Positions 50,939-62,764 of a DNA stretch of 64,000 nt are shown here, in pieces (within the stretch, counting starts at the first letter, position 1; each line of letters begins with the position of its first letter). The stretch lies in the NCBI RefSeq assembly GCF_018350175.1, contig NC_058368.1:128218001-128282000 (forward strand). Reading direction: 5' to 3'. The translations under genes and the position numbers were made by a program. The notes beneath the pieces were generated by a model. The model was given only the letters and a program-made list of their open reading frames with translations. It was not told the DNA's origin and did not search any database. Source of the DNA: Felis catus (lineage: Eukaryota).

Positions 50939-51030
50939 CATGCAATATTATGCAATATGCAATTATGCAATATGCCACAATTTTATGCAATTATGCAATA
51001 TTGCAACAATATGCAATATGCAACAATATT
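50939..51030. repeat. Irregular ATGCAAT-based minisatellite
   Basis: ATGCAATATTATGCAATATGCAATTATGCAATATGCCACAATTTTATGCAATTATGCAATATTGCAACAATATGCAATATGCAACAATATT. Confidence 0.9.
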
Positions 51031-51270
51031 ACTCTCTTAATCATACACAAAAATACACTCAAAATCGATTAAAGACTTAAATGTGAAACATGAAACCCTA
51101 AAATTCCTAGAAGAAAACATAGGCAGGAACTTCTCTGACATTGACCATGGTAACATTTTTCTAGATAGGTCTTTGGTAAGGGAAACAAAATTAAACTATT
51201 GGTACTGCCCCAAAATAAAAACTTTTGCACAAAGAATGAAGCCATCAACAAAAGAAAAAGACAACTTACT

Positions 51271-51477
51271 GGGGACACACGGTGGCTCAGTTGGTTGAGC
51301 ATCTGACTTTGGCTCAGGTCATGATCTCACGGGTCATGAGTTCAAGTCGGGCTCTGTGCTGACAGCTCAGGGCCTGGAGCCTGCTTCAGAGTCTGTGTCT
51401 CCCTCTCTCTCTGCCCCTCCCCTGCTCACACTCTGACTCTCTCTCTTTCTCAAAAATACACAAACATTAAAAAAATT
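51271..51477 (+). mobile_element. Can-SINE inserted in the L1 fragment
   Basis: Perfect TSD AAAAAGACAACTTACT at 51255-51270 and 51478-51493. Confidence 0.96.
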
Positions 51478-52359
51478 AAAAAGACAACTTACTGAATGGG
51501 AGAAGGTATTTGCAAATGATATATTTGATAAGGGCTTAACCGAAATATATAAATAATTTACACAAATGCCAAACAAATAATCCAATTTGAAAATGGGCAG
51601 AGGACATGAATACACATTTTTCCAAAGAAGACATACAGATGGCCAATAGACGCATGAAAGGATATTCAATGTCACTCGTCATTTTGGAACTTCTTTATAA
51701 TTACTTACTATATAGTCAGGGTTATTGACAATAATTTGACACCTGCTTCCTAAGATTAGGTAATGTTCAGAATCCTCCAACAGCAATGAAAATCTACCAT
51801 GGTCTCTGCAGCAAGCCTAACTGAGCTTCTGTGAAATCAGAGAAATAATCTACTACAGGTGAGTATCCCTCACATTTCTGTGTCTTCATGAGGAGACAGG
51901 GAGAGTGGCTGGAATACATTTAACTGTACTGTATCAGTACAAATCCTAGTGAACAACAAATGGAGAAAGAGCAAGCTAGAGAATGCAGGACTCTCCCTCA
52001 GCCACTACCTGGTAGAAAACAAGGGAAAACATGCTTTATCTATACACAGCAGACTCAACATGTTATAAAAACCACCATTGTCGTAAATATTTATTTGACA
52101 CACTGCCTACTGCGTGATTTAGCTAACAACTGTTCCAAGTTGTTAGTAAATCGTCCTACCATTTCCTTATTTTTTGCTTTATTTTCTTCACCTTTCTTTT
52201 GTCATTTTGCTTATTTATCTTGGCATTTCCTTAGTATTCCTTACATTTAGTTCTATTCCTTTATCCCTCTGTTCTTTATGATGTGCAAGTGCTTTCAGAT
52301 AAATGTTACAGAAATGTCAAGCTGTATCATTATTACTCTTACCACCTTTATTATTTATG

Positions 52360-52705
52360 TCAAGACATTATTAAAAGTCTTTTGCATTCTCACTATTATA
52401 CCTACATCTTGTTCGTCCAGCTTTTATCTTATCTGGTCTTCTACAGATTTTCCAGAATATGGCACATAAATATTAATAATAGCAAAGTTGAATATCTTTC
52501 CTTTAACTTTTTTTTTTTTTAACTCTGCAAGTATCCACTGAGCTAGGCAACATTCATCAAATGCGGTTCTCGAAGAACACAATTGTACTGAAACAATAGG
52601 GGGAACTCCAAAGATAGCAAAGACATGTTTCTTGACCTTAGTAAGTCTAGAGCATAGAGTGACAAGCCACACAATAAGCAACTGAAGGGGACATCTATAA
52701 GACAC
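52360..52705 (-). mobile_element. Probable fossil APE-endonuclease segment of an RTE/RTE-X-type LINE
   Basis: Minus-strand translation KHVFAIFGVPPIVS…(CRVK)VKGKIFNFAIINIYVP…DFN resembles the RTE-clade pattern FGVGFIV…CRLRIKGKFFNISIINVYAP…GDFN. Judged by eye only. Confidence 0.45.
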
Positions 52706-53536
52706 GCAGACGACTAGAGTTGAAAAAGGACCGAGTGTGAGTTGGCCAGGTAGAAGTAAACCATGTAAGATTTTCTGAAGGTGAATTTCAAAAGGGAAAA
52801 CAAAGAGATGAGAAGTCTAGGGGAATAAAGGCATTCTGTCTGATCCACCAATGCTATAGCATTTTCTATAGCTTTTTGCAGTCTCCTAGGGACTCTCCAG
52901 TTTTTGGATGCCTTTCTTATTTCTGTTCTGACTATATTATCAAAAACTGCTTTGGAACTTAAAGCACTGATATGTTTTACTTTATACAATTTCTATTACT
53001 TCCGTAATCTTGCAAATTGCTTTTGTATAACCCAGCCTGCTTCGCTACTTCTTTCAAGTTTTTCAGGTCTTCTTAGGTATTTATTTTTAGCATAACATGT
53101 GAAAGGTAACACGTTTCAAAAAGCAATTCTGTGGCATCTGCTGTTTGAGGTATGTGGTAGCATAGCAGCCTTGAGACTTTATTTCAGCCCCCTCACAACG
53201 GTCTGTATTGTCCCTCAGGCCATTTAGTCCTCTCTGCAAAAATATCAGGTTACAAAACAGCCTCCTCCACACTGAAATGGGGACGCCAAAGCAAAATGAT
53301 CTAAACAGAGTCTGAATCCATTAGAGAGTTTACCAACTTCACTAAACTAAGCCTGGAACATGATCATTTCCACCATCTTTTTCAACAAGCTATCCCTTCT
53401 TTTTCCAATTTATTTGACATTAAAGTTGATACAGTGACTTATGCTTTAAAGTTAAAATTCATCACGGTGAGAAAAAAGGGGGAATGCTTTTAAGTGAGAA
53501 GCCAGACTCGCGATACCACAAGACACAGTCTGTGTT

Positions 53537-53771
53537 TTTGTTTTTTGTTTTTTAATTTTTTTTTCTTTTCAACGTTTATTTATTTTTGGGACAGAGAGAG
53601 ACAGAGCATGAACGGGGAGGGGCAGAGAGAGAGGGAAACACAGAATCGGAAACAGGCTCCAGGCTCTGAGCCATCAGCCCAGAGCCCGACGCGGGGCTCG
53701 AACTCATGGACCGCGAGATCGTGACCTGGCTGAAGTCGGACGCTTAACCGACTGCGCCACCCAGGCGCCCC
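53537..53771 (-). mobile_element. Young felid SINEC_Fc-type SINE
   Basis: CpGs retained (GTCGGACGCTTAACCGACTGCGCCACCCAGGCGCCCC); TSD CAGTCTGTGTT at 53526-53536 and 53772-53782. Confidence 0.97.
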
Positions 53772-53961
53772 CAGTCTGTGTTCTTAATAAAGGTAGGATT
53801 TGACACATAGGCTACAAACAGGATATCTCCCAAAACCAGTCCTCCACACACAAAGAAGCATAAAATGAGTCACCTGACTACTTGTAGGAAATGTGCATTT
53901 TGTTCTAAAATAAAGGATGCAATGTCAAATTCAAACATCTAAATGAATTCTTATAAATCTC

Positions 53962-54192
53962 GGGGCACCTGGGTGGCTCAGTTGGTTGAGCGTCCAACTT
54001 CAGCTCAGGTCATGATCTCACAGTCCGTGAGTTTGAGCCCCATGTTGGTCTCTGTGCTGGGATCTGTGCTGACAGCTCGGAGCCTGGAGCCTGCTTTGAT
54101 TTTGTGTCTCCCTCTCTCTGACCCTTCCCCGTTCATGCTCTGTCTCAAAAATAAATAAACATCGAAAAAAATTTTCTAATAAAATAAATAAA
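53962..54192 (+). mobile_element. Can-SINE with short internal duplication (TCTGTGCTG x2)
   Basis: GGGGCACCTGGGTGGCTCAG head; approximate TSD ATAAATCT. Confidence 0.93.
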
Positions 54193-54601
54193 TCTTATAT
54201 TCATACAAAGGTGTGCTTGACTGATCATTCCTGAAAGGTAACATTTCTTGTGGATATGTGCTTATCAGAAGGAGAAAGGGGGAGGAAGTACTCCAAGAGG
54301 ACACATAAAGGGAAGACTAAGGCAGTGGGGAAATTAGATCAACTCTTTGACATTATTTTCCAAGGACAGTTATGGCAAGGGACACTTGTGGCATTAGCAT
54401 TGTGCACAGCAGGGATCTCTCCCTCTGCTCTTCTGGCACATTTAGGAATCCTGTATCATCTGCCATGTTTGTTTCCCATCAGATAAATTTAATAAAGCCC
54501 AATTTTCACCCATGTGACTTTGGATTTTAAGAAAATAACTTGAGGGTAAAGGGCCTGTCTCACCAACTATCCCTTTCTCTACTCAGTTCTGTCTTTTGCT
54601 G

Positions 54602-54605
<4 letters not shown>

Positions 54606-54638
<33 letters not shown>
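54606..54638. repeat. (CA)n microsatellite
   Basis: Direct inspection. Confidence 0.95.
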
Positions 54639-54639
<1 letters not shown>

Positions 54640-54643
<4 letters not shown>

Positions 54644-54845
54644 TTTTTTTTTTTTTGAGAAAGAGAGAGAGCATGTGAGAGCACACAGGAAAAAGGCAGA
54701 GAGAGATGGAGAGAGAATCCCAAACAGGCTCCATGTTGCCAGCACAGAGCCCAACATGGGGCCCCATCTCACAAACAATGAGATCACGACCTGAGTCGAA
54801 ATCAAGAGTCCAGCACTCAACCGACTGAGCCACCCAGGCATCACC
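54640..54845 (-). mobile_element. Can-SINE; tail adjoins (CA)n
   Basis: …AAATCAAGAGTCCAGCACTCAACCGACTGAGCCACCCAGGCATC. Confidence 0.92.
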
Positions 54846-55618
54846 ACCCCTGCTGTTCTGTCTTTTGAATGAAGAATGAAGAGCTCCAGGAAGCATACCA
54901 AGGTACATTTTTCTCCATGAGGAGACACTGAGCTGAACACTCTTGAATACAGCCATGGATGTTTGCAGACTGCAAGTCAGGGTCACACGTGCCTGGCTCT
55001 TTTTATCACAGGTATGATTTATCAGGAAAATTTTCAAGGCTCAGGGCTGATGGATCTACCCTGGAAACAACTTAAAAGCCAGACTTCAGATTTAAGGAAA
55101 TAAACATAGTACACTACTTCAGTACCAGTATCTGCTCTCCATTCCAATTTACACATAAAAAATTTTCATCCTGTAATTCTTAGCCTTGATTTTTGACTCA
55201 GAATCTCCCAATCTGGTCCTTAGCTCCTTTCTCAAGTTGTCATTTTAATTCAGTCCTGAACCCACACATACATAAATCGAGTTCTGCCATCATATCTAAT
55301 GTACGTACCTATTTGCTCATTAGCAGGCTTTGGGACAGATTACAAGCCATCCTCCGTTGCTCAGAACCAGCCTGGTTGCCACTGCAGAGCCTGCCTAAAT
55401 TGCCCCCATCTTCATCAAGGCTCTCAAGTATGGCCACCAGCCTGCTCGTACCAGATGGATCAGGGCATCACCCTTCTGTGCATACAGGGTAAGTCCCAGG
55501 TATCCAACTCTGCTAGGTCACTAAGCTATGCCCAAACTGGCCAATAGGGAGTCAGCATCCCTGCAGGGTCCACTTCCACCGGGGAGAAAAGACACAGTTC
55601 CTGATCAGAAAGAGTATG

Positions 55619-55621
<3 letters not shown>

Positions 55622-55699
<78 letters not shown>

Positions 55700-55712
55700 T
55701 CTATCTCTCTCT
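55622..55712. repeat. Compound (CA)n(CT)n microsatellite
   Basis: Direct inspection. Confidence 0.95.
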
Positions 55713-57277
55713 CTTACATATGTGCACAGTCACACTCACCTGTACACACATATACACCCTTGTGGCTGATAGTGTGGGAAAACACTTGTATTCCTTTTGG
55801 GATTTCACAATTGAAAATTAACACAAAAGTACTACCAAGGCTCTGAGGTTTTTAAGAGACTATTCTGCAAACGCTTCTTCTATCTTCCAAAATAAAATGC
55901 CAGAACAAAGCAACCAGGGAAAGAGGGGGCAATGGGGTGAATAGCTGAAAGTGAGTATCTGAAGAGTACACATCATATCCCCAACAGGTAAGACAAAAAG
56001 GCTAATGCTTTTAAAGAAGAGTAGATGGAATTTAACTTTTTTAAAAAAGGGAAAGGGGTACCAGAACAAAAAGGGGAAGGAGAGGAGGGAGGCAAGAGTG
56101 GGAAAGGGGCCTGAGCACAAAGGTTTAACCTGGGATGAAACCATGTGAAGAAAAGGGGACTGTAAATGACCAAATGTGAACTGAGTTGCCATTTTAACTT
56201 TCATACAACTTAAGTTAAGGGACCTTTTGAAATGTGGAAACAAGAGAAAAGAACAGGACTTCCCTTACATGAAGCATAGTTCAAGTGGCACAAGATGTTA
56301 TTTGACATTTTTTTCTGATTATCAAAAATAGGTAATCATTTTGAGAATTTGGAAGGAAAAAAGATTAAATAAGGAAAAGAAATACCTATAGTTCCATTAG
56401 CAAGAGACAACTTCTGTTAACATACACTTTCTGGTCACAGACATCCAAATTGTGATTATACTATATATGCTGTCTTTTTTTTTCACATGGTACCTTGTAA
56501 TAAACAGTTCATTATATTACATCATCTTTTAATACAACTTTTAGACATTTTAGAATCATGAACCCCTTTCAGAACCAAATGAAATCCATGAAACCCTTTC
56601 TATAAAAATGCTCAAACACAAAATAGGCATTTTGGAGCTCATCCCAGAACTACCTCAAACTGACTTCTAAAAATCAGACCTAAGTGGAATTTCTGGAACA
56701 TAAGCTCATTTGTAAGCCTAGACCTCGGTATTTAGTTTAACCACATAGCACATACAACACATACATGGTTTAGCAGGTAAATTCTTAATCTGAGCCATGG
56801 CCCTTAGTCTCTGGACTAGCTCTACATCTAGACATGGTTAGGACCTCACCACATGCTGGGTGTCTGGGAAACTTTCCATCTGTAAACCCTTGGAGCTCGA
56901 AGATAACATCAACCTTCACAGACATGTTGTAGGTATCTGCTCTGTGGGCATTCCCTGGTTGTTTTCTGTACCTAGGCTGGACCCTCTCTGACTCTATTTT
57001 ACATCTGCCCCAGGAATACAAACAAATGTCAGTACTGTTGATTGCACCTCTTTGCCTTCCATGGTATGCTGGGAACCCCTTCAGAGCACAAACTGTGTAA
57101 CTCAACTGCATCTGACTTACTTGACATATTGACCTGTAAATAACTGCTAAAGTAAACCAAGTATCTATCAAAATTAAATAAAAGTAGTTCCATGTTGTTA
57201 GGGTTGACTATAATTTAAAAAATGTCTAGACATGCATATTCATCAGCCATCTTTTCAGCTTAAATAAAATGTTTATA

Positions 57278-57722
57278 CAGTTGATTCTCACTATCCATCT
57301 TAATTGTGTTCTAGTAAAAAACTGACAACACCAAATTAGTCAATACTGAACCTCTGTTCCTAAGGGAAATACAGGGCTGGGCTCCTGGGAGCCTCTGATC
57401 ACATTTTCAACAACCAATCTATACATAACCTTGTTTTATGTGTGCTTCTGTTTCAAGATACGTTATTTAATATACGTTTAATTGATTCGTTAACATTAAA
57501 CCCATGCCAACAGTGCTATAAATCAAGCCTAAACAAAGTTCATCTAACACATACATATTTAAGACATATTACAGCCTTCTTGTGCTTAACAACACTACAC
57601 CACACTTCAGCATTATAATGGGGCCATTATACAAAATCCCAGCCAAAAGCACAGAAATACTAAAACTCAGCACTCAATATTCCAAGAAAACGACACTGGT
57701 TGACACTGTGAGAGCTGAAGTC
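57278..57722. mobile_element. TcMar-Tigger family DNA transposon fragment
   Basis: TA|CAGTTGATTCTC start; AATACTGAACC…GGGAAATACAGGG…ATAACCTTGTTTTATGTGTG…CACTGTGAGAGCTGAA. Confidence 0.7.
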
Positions 57723-57767
57723 AGAGGGCTGTAACAGTGCATTGTGAAAGACTCAATAAATGCTTAT

Positions 57768-58075
57768 TGTGTTAGTCAGGATTCTTCAGAGAAACAGTAC
57801 CAGTTGGAGATAGATATAGAGATATATACAGGCAGAGCCAGTGACCTAACTGTGAGAACTGGAGGGTTAATGGTTTTAAGTCCCAGTCAAGGGTAGAAGG
57901 CTCATGTTTTAGCTCAGCAGTCAGGCAGAGAGAATCAATTCTCCCTTACTCTATTTTTTGTTCTTTTCAAATCCTCAAAAGACTGGAGAATGCCTAACCA
58001 CACTGTAGGCTAGGGGTAGCAGGACTCTGCTTAACTAAGTCTACCAGTTGCATGCTAGTCTTAACTAGAAACACC

Positions 58076-58114
<39 letters not shown>

Positions 58115-58189
58115 CTACAAATAACATTTAACCAAGCATCTGGGCACCCCGTGATACAGTAAAGCTGATACATAAAATTAACCGTCACA
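57768..58189 (-). mobile_element. ERVL (MLT2-like) solo LTR with internal (CA)n
   Basis: TGTGTTAGTCAGGATTCTTCAGAGAAACAG…CATAAAATTAACCGTCACA; TG…CA termini; 5-bp TSD CTTAT/CTTGT. Confidence 0.85.
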
Positions 58190-58461
58190 CTTGTTAAATT
58201 AAGAATACAGAATTTATTATATGCCCTTGGCTCAAAGACTCACCACATATCTATCTTCATAAACTCCAAAGAATAAAGTGGTAAGTTATTTTATTTCATA
58301 AGGAACCATTCTCATACCAAGTATAATCTGCCAATAAAACATCTTTACTTCCATGAAGAAATTTAGCAGGCAATACCATACTATACAAATTTTTAAAATT
58401 ATTAACAATGGCTGCCATATGGAGCATGACAAGTAACTCATTTTCCATTTCATTTATTCTT

Positions 58462-58658
58462 TTTTTTTTTTTCAACGTCTTATTTTATTTTTGGGACAGA
58501 GAGAGACAGAGCATGAACGGGGGAGGGGCAGAGAGAGAGGGAGACACAGAATCGGAGCCATCAGCCCAGAGCCTGATGCGGGGCTCGAACTCCCGGACCG
58601 CGAGATCGTGACCTGGCTGAAGTCGGACGCTTAACCGACTGCGCCACCCAGGCGCCCC
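58462..58658 (-). mobile_element. Young felid SINEC_Fc-type SINE with 19-nt internal deletion
   Basis: CpG-rich near-consensus copy; TSD TTCATTTATTCTT at 58449-58461 and 58659-58671. Confidence 0.97.
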
Positions 58659-58674
58659 TTCATTTATTCTTAAA

Positions 58675-58830
58675 ATAGCATTGTAAAGTAGAAATTACTG
58701 ATCTCGTTTTACAGATAATAAAACTAAGGCTGCAGAGTTGGAGGCTTTTTCCAAGGATGCACAACTAGTAATTAACAGAGCTACTATCTGAATCCAGGTT
58801 TGTTTTACTATAAAACTCATACTCCTAACT
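58675..58830 (-). mobile_element. MIR fragment
   Basis: TTTTACAGATAATAAAACTAAGGC…TCCAAGGATGCACAACTAGTAA…TGAATCCAGGT. Confidence 0.7.
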
Positions 58831-59449
58831 GCTTATTATACACAATGTATTTTAGTAAAGGAAAAAAATATCTCAATGGTAAGAGTTTAGTTCACATTTC
58901 AAGGACTATATTAGGGCTGAAGAAAGAATACTGCAGCTTAATACTATTCTAGGTGAAAAAATAAGTAGTAAGTCAAACACACAATTACAGGCCCAATATG
59001 CCCACCAGAAAGGTATCACATGTAGTTATTTTTCCAACAACTGTTATCCAAAAACGAAAATATGCAATGAAACACAGCTAACCAACAACCGTGGAAAAAT
59101 GAAGCTGTCAATGATGAGGAAAGCTACTAGAGAATATTTTGAGCTGACCTTATAAACAAAATGGATATGAAATAGTATTCTAAGTGTTTTTTAGAGAGTA
59201 AACTAGTCTGAGACTGTTAAAGTCAGTTTGGAGCAAGACATAGACCTGTGCACTCTTGCATTATCTTTGCATACTTTTACATATTTCATTTAACCTAGGT
59301 TTACATGATTCATGCTCCCTCTCTCTTTTTGAGAGTTGTAAAAACACTACCTAGTATGTTTCAATAATTCAGGACTGCCCTTTAGTTTCTACATAAAAAA
59401 GATCTTTATGTCAAGTAATCAAAATACTTGATTCCTTTAATCATCTGCA

Positions 59450-61950
59450 GTATCTTCAAAATGCTTCAAGAAAATAATTACCAACCTAGATTTCTATACC
59501 CAATGAAAATATCTTTCAAAAACAGAGGAAACAAAAAGAGAGAGACTCCTTAGCAGCAGACATATACTCAAAGAAAACACTAAAGTTACTCTTCAGGCAG
59601 AAATAAAAGGTCACAGCTAGATAACTGAGGTACATTAAGAAAAAAGAACCAAAAAAGGAGCTAAATATGTATTCTTATGAAGCATCCAGGAAATGGCAAA
59701 GTATTAATTTAACTTTAGGCTTTCTGAGTCAATAATGCATGTAACAATTTCTGTTAACCACTTAAACACATAGAAAAGGATGTATACCTACCAAGCTAAC
59801 AGACAGGGAAAAGTAAATGATAGTAAAAGTAAGAGTAATTTTTTACACCCCAAACCAAAAGAAAGTGAAAAGGAAAAAAAAAGTCAACAGAAAAAATATG
59901 ACAGGGAATAATAACATGATACATTTAAATGCAAATCTATACCAGTGATTGTGTAAGACATTAACAGATTAAATATTTCAATTAAAATACAAAAATTGCT
60001 GAGCTGGATTGAATAAAAAATATACATGCTTACAAGACACACTCCTCAAATATAAGGATTTCTAAAGACTAAAAGTGAAGGATGGGGAAAAGTCATTATG
60101 CAAACATCATCTACAAACATAGATGAGGCCATGATGTTCATATCAGACAAGGTGATTTTAAGACAAAAAGCATTAGGAGAAATAAAGAGGAATATTTCAC
60201 AACAAAAAAAGGTTGAGTTTACCAGCAAGAAAACTATTCTAACAGTATATGTTGAGTATAGACTCAAGATCTTTAACATAAAAATTCACAGAATTAGAAA
60301 GAAAAAACATAAATCCACAAATCACGATGGGACATTTTACCATGTCTTTCTTGTAAGAGATGTAATACACATAAAAATAAGCAGTAATTACAGAAACAAT
60401 ATGAACAATAGGATTCAAAACTTTATTTAATGGATGGACACATCTAGAACACAGCCTTCATGACAGCAGAATATATTTTTTAAGTGACCACAGTAGAATT
60501 AACCTAGAAATTAATAAGGTAAATAATGTCCATATGTTTGGAAATTAAGTGACGCATGTATAAATAACACATGGATCAAAGAAGAATTCTCAATAGAAAT
60601 CCCAAAACATTTTTAACTAAGTAAAAATTAAAATCCTGTGAAGGAAGTTTTGCGTGATATAACCAAATCTCATCTTTGAGAAATATGTATAGTCTTAAAT
60701 ATATACATTGGATGAGAAAAAAAGCCTGAAAATCAATTGTCATAGACAATTGTCCAGAAGTTATATAAGAACAGCAAATTAAAACCAAAGAAAACAGAAG
60801 GAAGGCAACACTAAAGAACGGAAACTAATGGAAAATTTTAAAACTACAACAGAGTATCAACAAAGCCAACAGATGATTATTTGAAAAGTCAAAATAAGTT
60901 TGATAAGGTAAACCAGGAAAGTTTGATAAGTGATCAAGAAAGAACTAAGGAAAGAAAAGCACAAATGTCCACTATCTACCCTTCAAATCATATTATGAGG
61001 CTAGCATTACCTTGATACCAAAACCTGAGAAAGTTACCTTAAAAAAATGAAATCTCGGGTCAGACTTTCTCATGTGATAAATGCAAAAATCTTAAAGAAA
61101 ATATTAACAGGGGTGCCTGGGTGGCTCAGTCAGTTGAGCGTCCGACTTCGGCTCAGGTCATGATCTCACTGTCCCTGAGTTCAAGCCTTGCGTTGGGCTC
61201 TGTGCTGACAGCTCAGAGCCTGGAGCCTGCTTTGGATTCTGTGTCTCCCTCTCTCTGCCCCTCCCCCACTCATGCTCGCTCTCTCTCTCTCTCTGTCAAA
61301 AAAAATAATAAACTTCAAAATATATATATATATTTATATATAAACAAATATTAACAGTAATGTAATGTATGAGAGCTAAGTTCAGTTTATTCCAGGAACT
61401 CAAGTTCGTTTAATATTCAATCAGTTCAGTAAAGCCAACCACAATAATATAGTGAAAGAGACATCTCGATCATCTTGATTCAGAAAAAGCCATTGATAAA
61501 ATTCAACTTCTAATAAAGAGTATTCACAAAAAGAAATTTTCAAACACCATAGTAAACTTCACACTTACTACAGTAATGGTGAAAACATTTCCTTTGACAT
61601 CAGGAAGACACAAAAGGCTATTTGCCATCATCATTTCTATTCAACGATTTACTTACTGTAAGGACTATGCAAAGTATTAAGACAAAGGAAAAGCCAAACA
61701 AAGGGAATAGGACTGGAAGAGAATGAAAAAAATGTCAGTATTTTTGGGTACTGTGATTGTGTTATTCAAAAGAAGCTAAAGTATTTTAATCAATCAGAGA
61801 GTTTAGCAAGGTTGCTGGACCAAAAAATTAAATGTGTATCTGTTTTTAGCAACAATGATTGAAATTTACAAAATAATATAATTTGTAACAGCATCAAAAA
61901 CATCAAATACACAGAAAATGCTTCTAACTAAGACCTAGAAGAGCACTACT
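59450..61950 (+). mobile_element. Ancient, heavily deleted L1 (ORF1 end through ORF2 RT)
   Basis: CCAACCTAGATTTCTATACCC (ORF1 end), ATATCAGACAAG (EN), TATGAGGCTAGCATTACCTTGATACCAAAACCTG, CAGAAAAAGCCATTGATAAAATTCAAC and TTTAGCAAGGTTGCTGGA (RT) in L1 order. Confidence 0.85.
61110..61345 (+). mobile_element. Can-SINE inserted in the old L1
   Basis: TSD AAATATTAACAG on both sides; (TA)n in tail. Confidence 0.94.
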
Positions 61951-61954
61951 GTAG

Positions 61955-62200
61955 GCTATTTTTCTGTTAATACCACACTGGTCTTATTGTATTTTATATC
62001 TGAGAAAGTAAATCTTCACTCCTTGTTCTTTTTCTTTAGAGCTGTAAGTTTATTTCCATATAAATTTTAAAATATTTGTGTTTGTAAAAAAAAAAGTAAA
62101 GATTTGGTATTTTTATTATGATAGCATTGACTTTATGGAAAACTGACATTATGATTGATATATATGCCTATGTACATACATGAGCGAGATACACATCTTC
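61955..62200 (-). mobile_element. Inverted piece of old L1 ORF2
   Basis: The minus strand reads AATGTCAG…CAATGCTAT…AAAATTTATATGGAAA…AAAGAAAAAGAACAA…CAGTGTGGTATT, the post-RT ORF2 region. Confidence 0.6.
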
Positions 62201-62453
62201 CTTTCTGAGTCAAAAAAATAGAAAATTCTTCAATATCTAACTGAGATGGTTACAACCCCTTTTCATGTATGGTATATAGACCATCTACATGAACTCAAAC
62301 AACCATCATTGGATGGTACTCTAGATCAGGACTTTTCCAACCACATGTTACGTAGTTAGTGGGTTACAAACACCCTTTTATTCCATCAGATAGAATTACC
62401 AAAGTGCTTCTTGTGCAGTGAGATTAAGCAGTTTTTCATCAAACTTTAGCTTA

Positions 62454-62675
62454 GGGGCGCCTGGGCGGTTCAGTCAGTTAAGGGTACAACTTCAGTTCAG
62501 GTCGCGATCTCATGGTTTGTGGGTTCGAGCCCCACGTTGGGCTCTGTGCGGACAGCTCAGAGCCTGGAGCCTCCTTTGGATTCTTTGTCTCCCCCTCTCT
62601 CTGCCCCTCCAGTACTCATGCTCTGTAACTCTCTCTTTCAAGAGTAAATAAACATTTTAAAAAAAGAAAAAAAAC
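62454..62675 (+). mobile_element. Can-SINE
   Basis: GGGGCGCCTGGGCGGTTCAGTCAG head and A tail. Confidence 0.93.
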
Positions 62676-62764
62676 CTTTTACTTAAGCAATATACACACA
62701 AATCCACACACAAATATCTATATAGATTATATAGAGACTATGATGTAAAAATGTGTTTCTTATT

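Larger units (their letters stand above)
50712..51683 (-). mobile_element. 5'-inverted (twin-primed) carnivore L1: 3'UTR on minus (50712-50870), ORF2 C-terminal piece on plus (50871-51683)
   Basis: Poly-T and the reverse-complemented L1 3'UTR abut plus-strand ORF2 (AAAAATATCCAATGAG…CTCTTCAACAAA…TTTTCCAAAGAAGACATACAGATGGCC). Both flanks carry TTGGAA(T/C)TT. Confidence 0.85.

Noticed and set aside
50939..51030. CRISPR-like array
   Set aside because: Mammalian DNA with irregular 7-10 nt units and no unique spacers.
55528..55846. ORFs with THTHTH/CVCVCV/SLSLSL runs (also 10062, 12364, 54540, 57994)
   Set aside because: Translations of (CA)n/(CT)n microsatellites.
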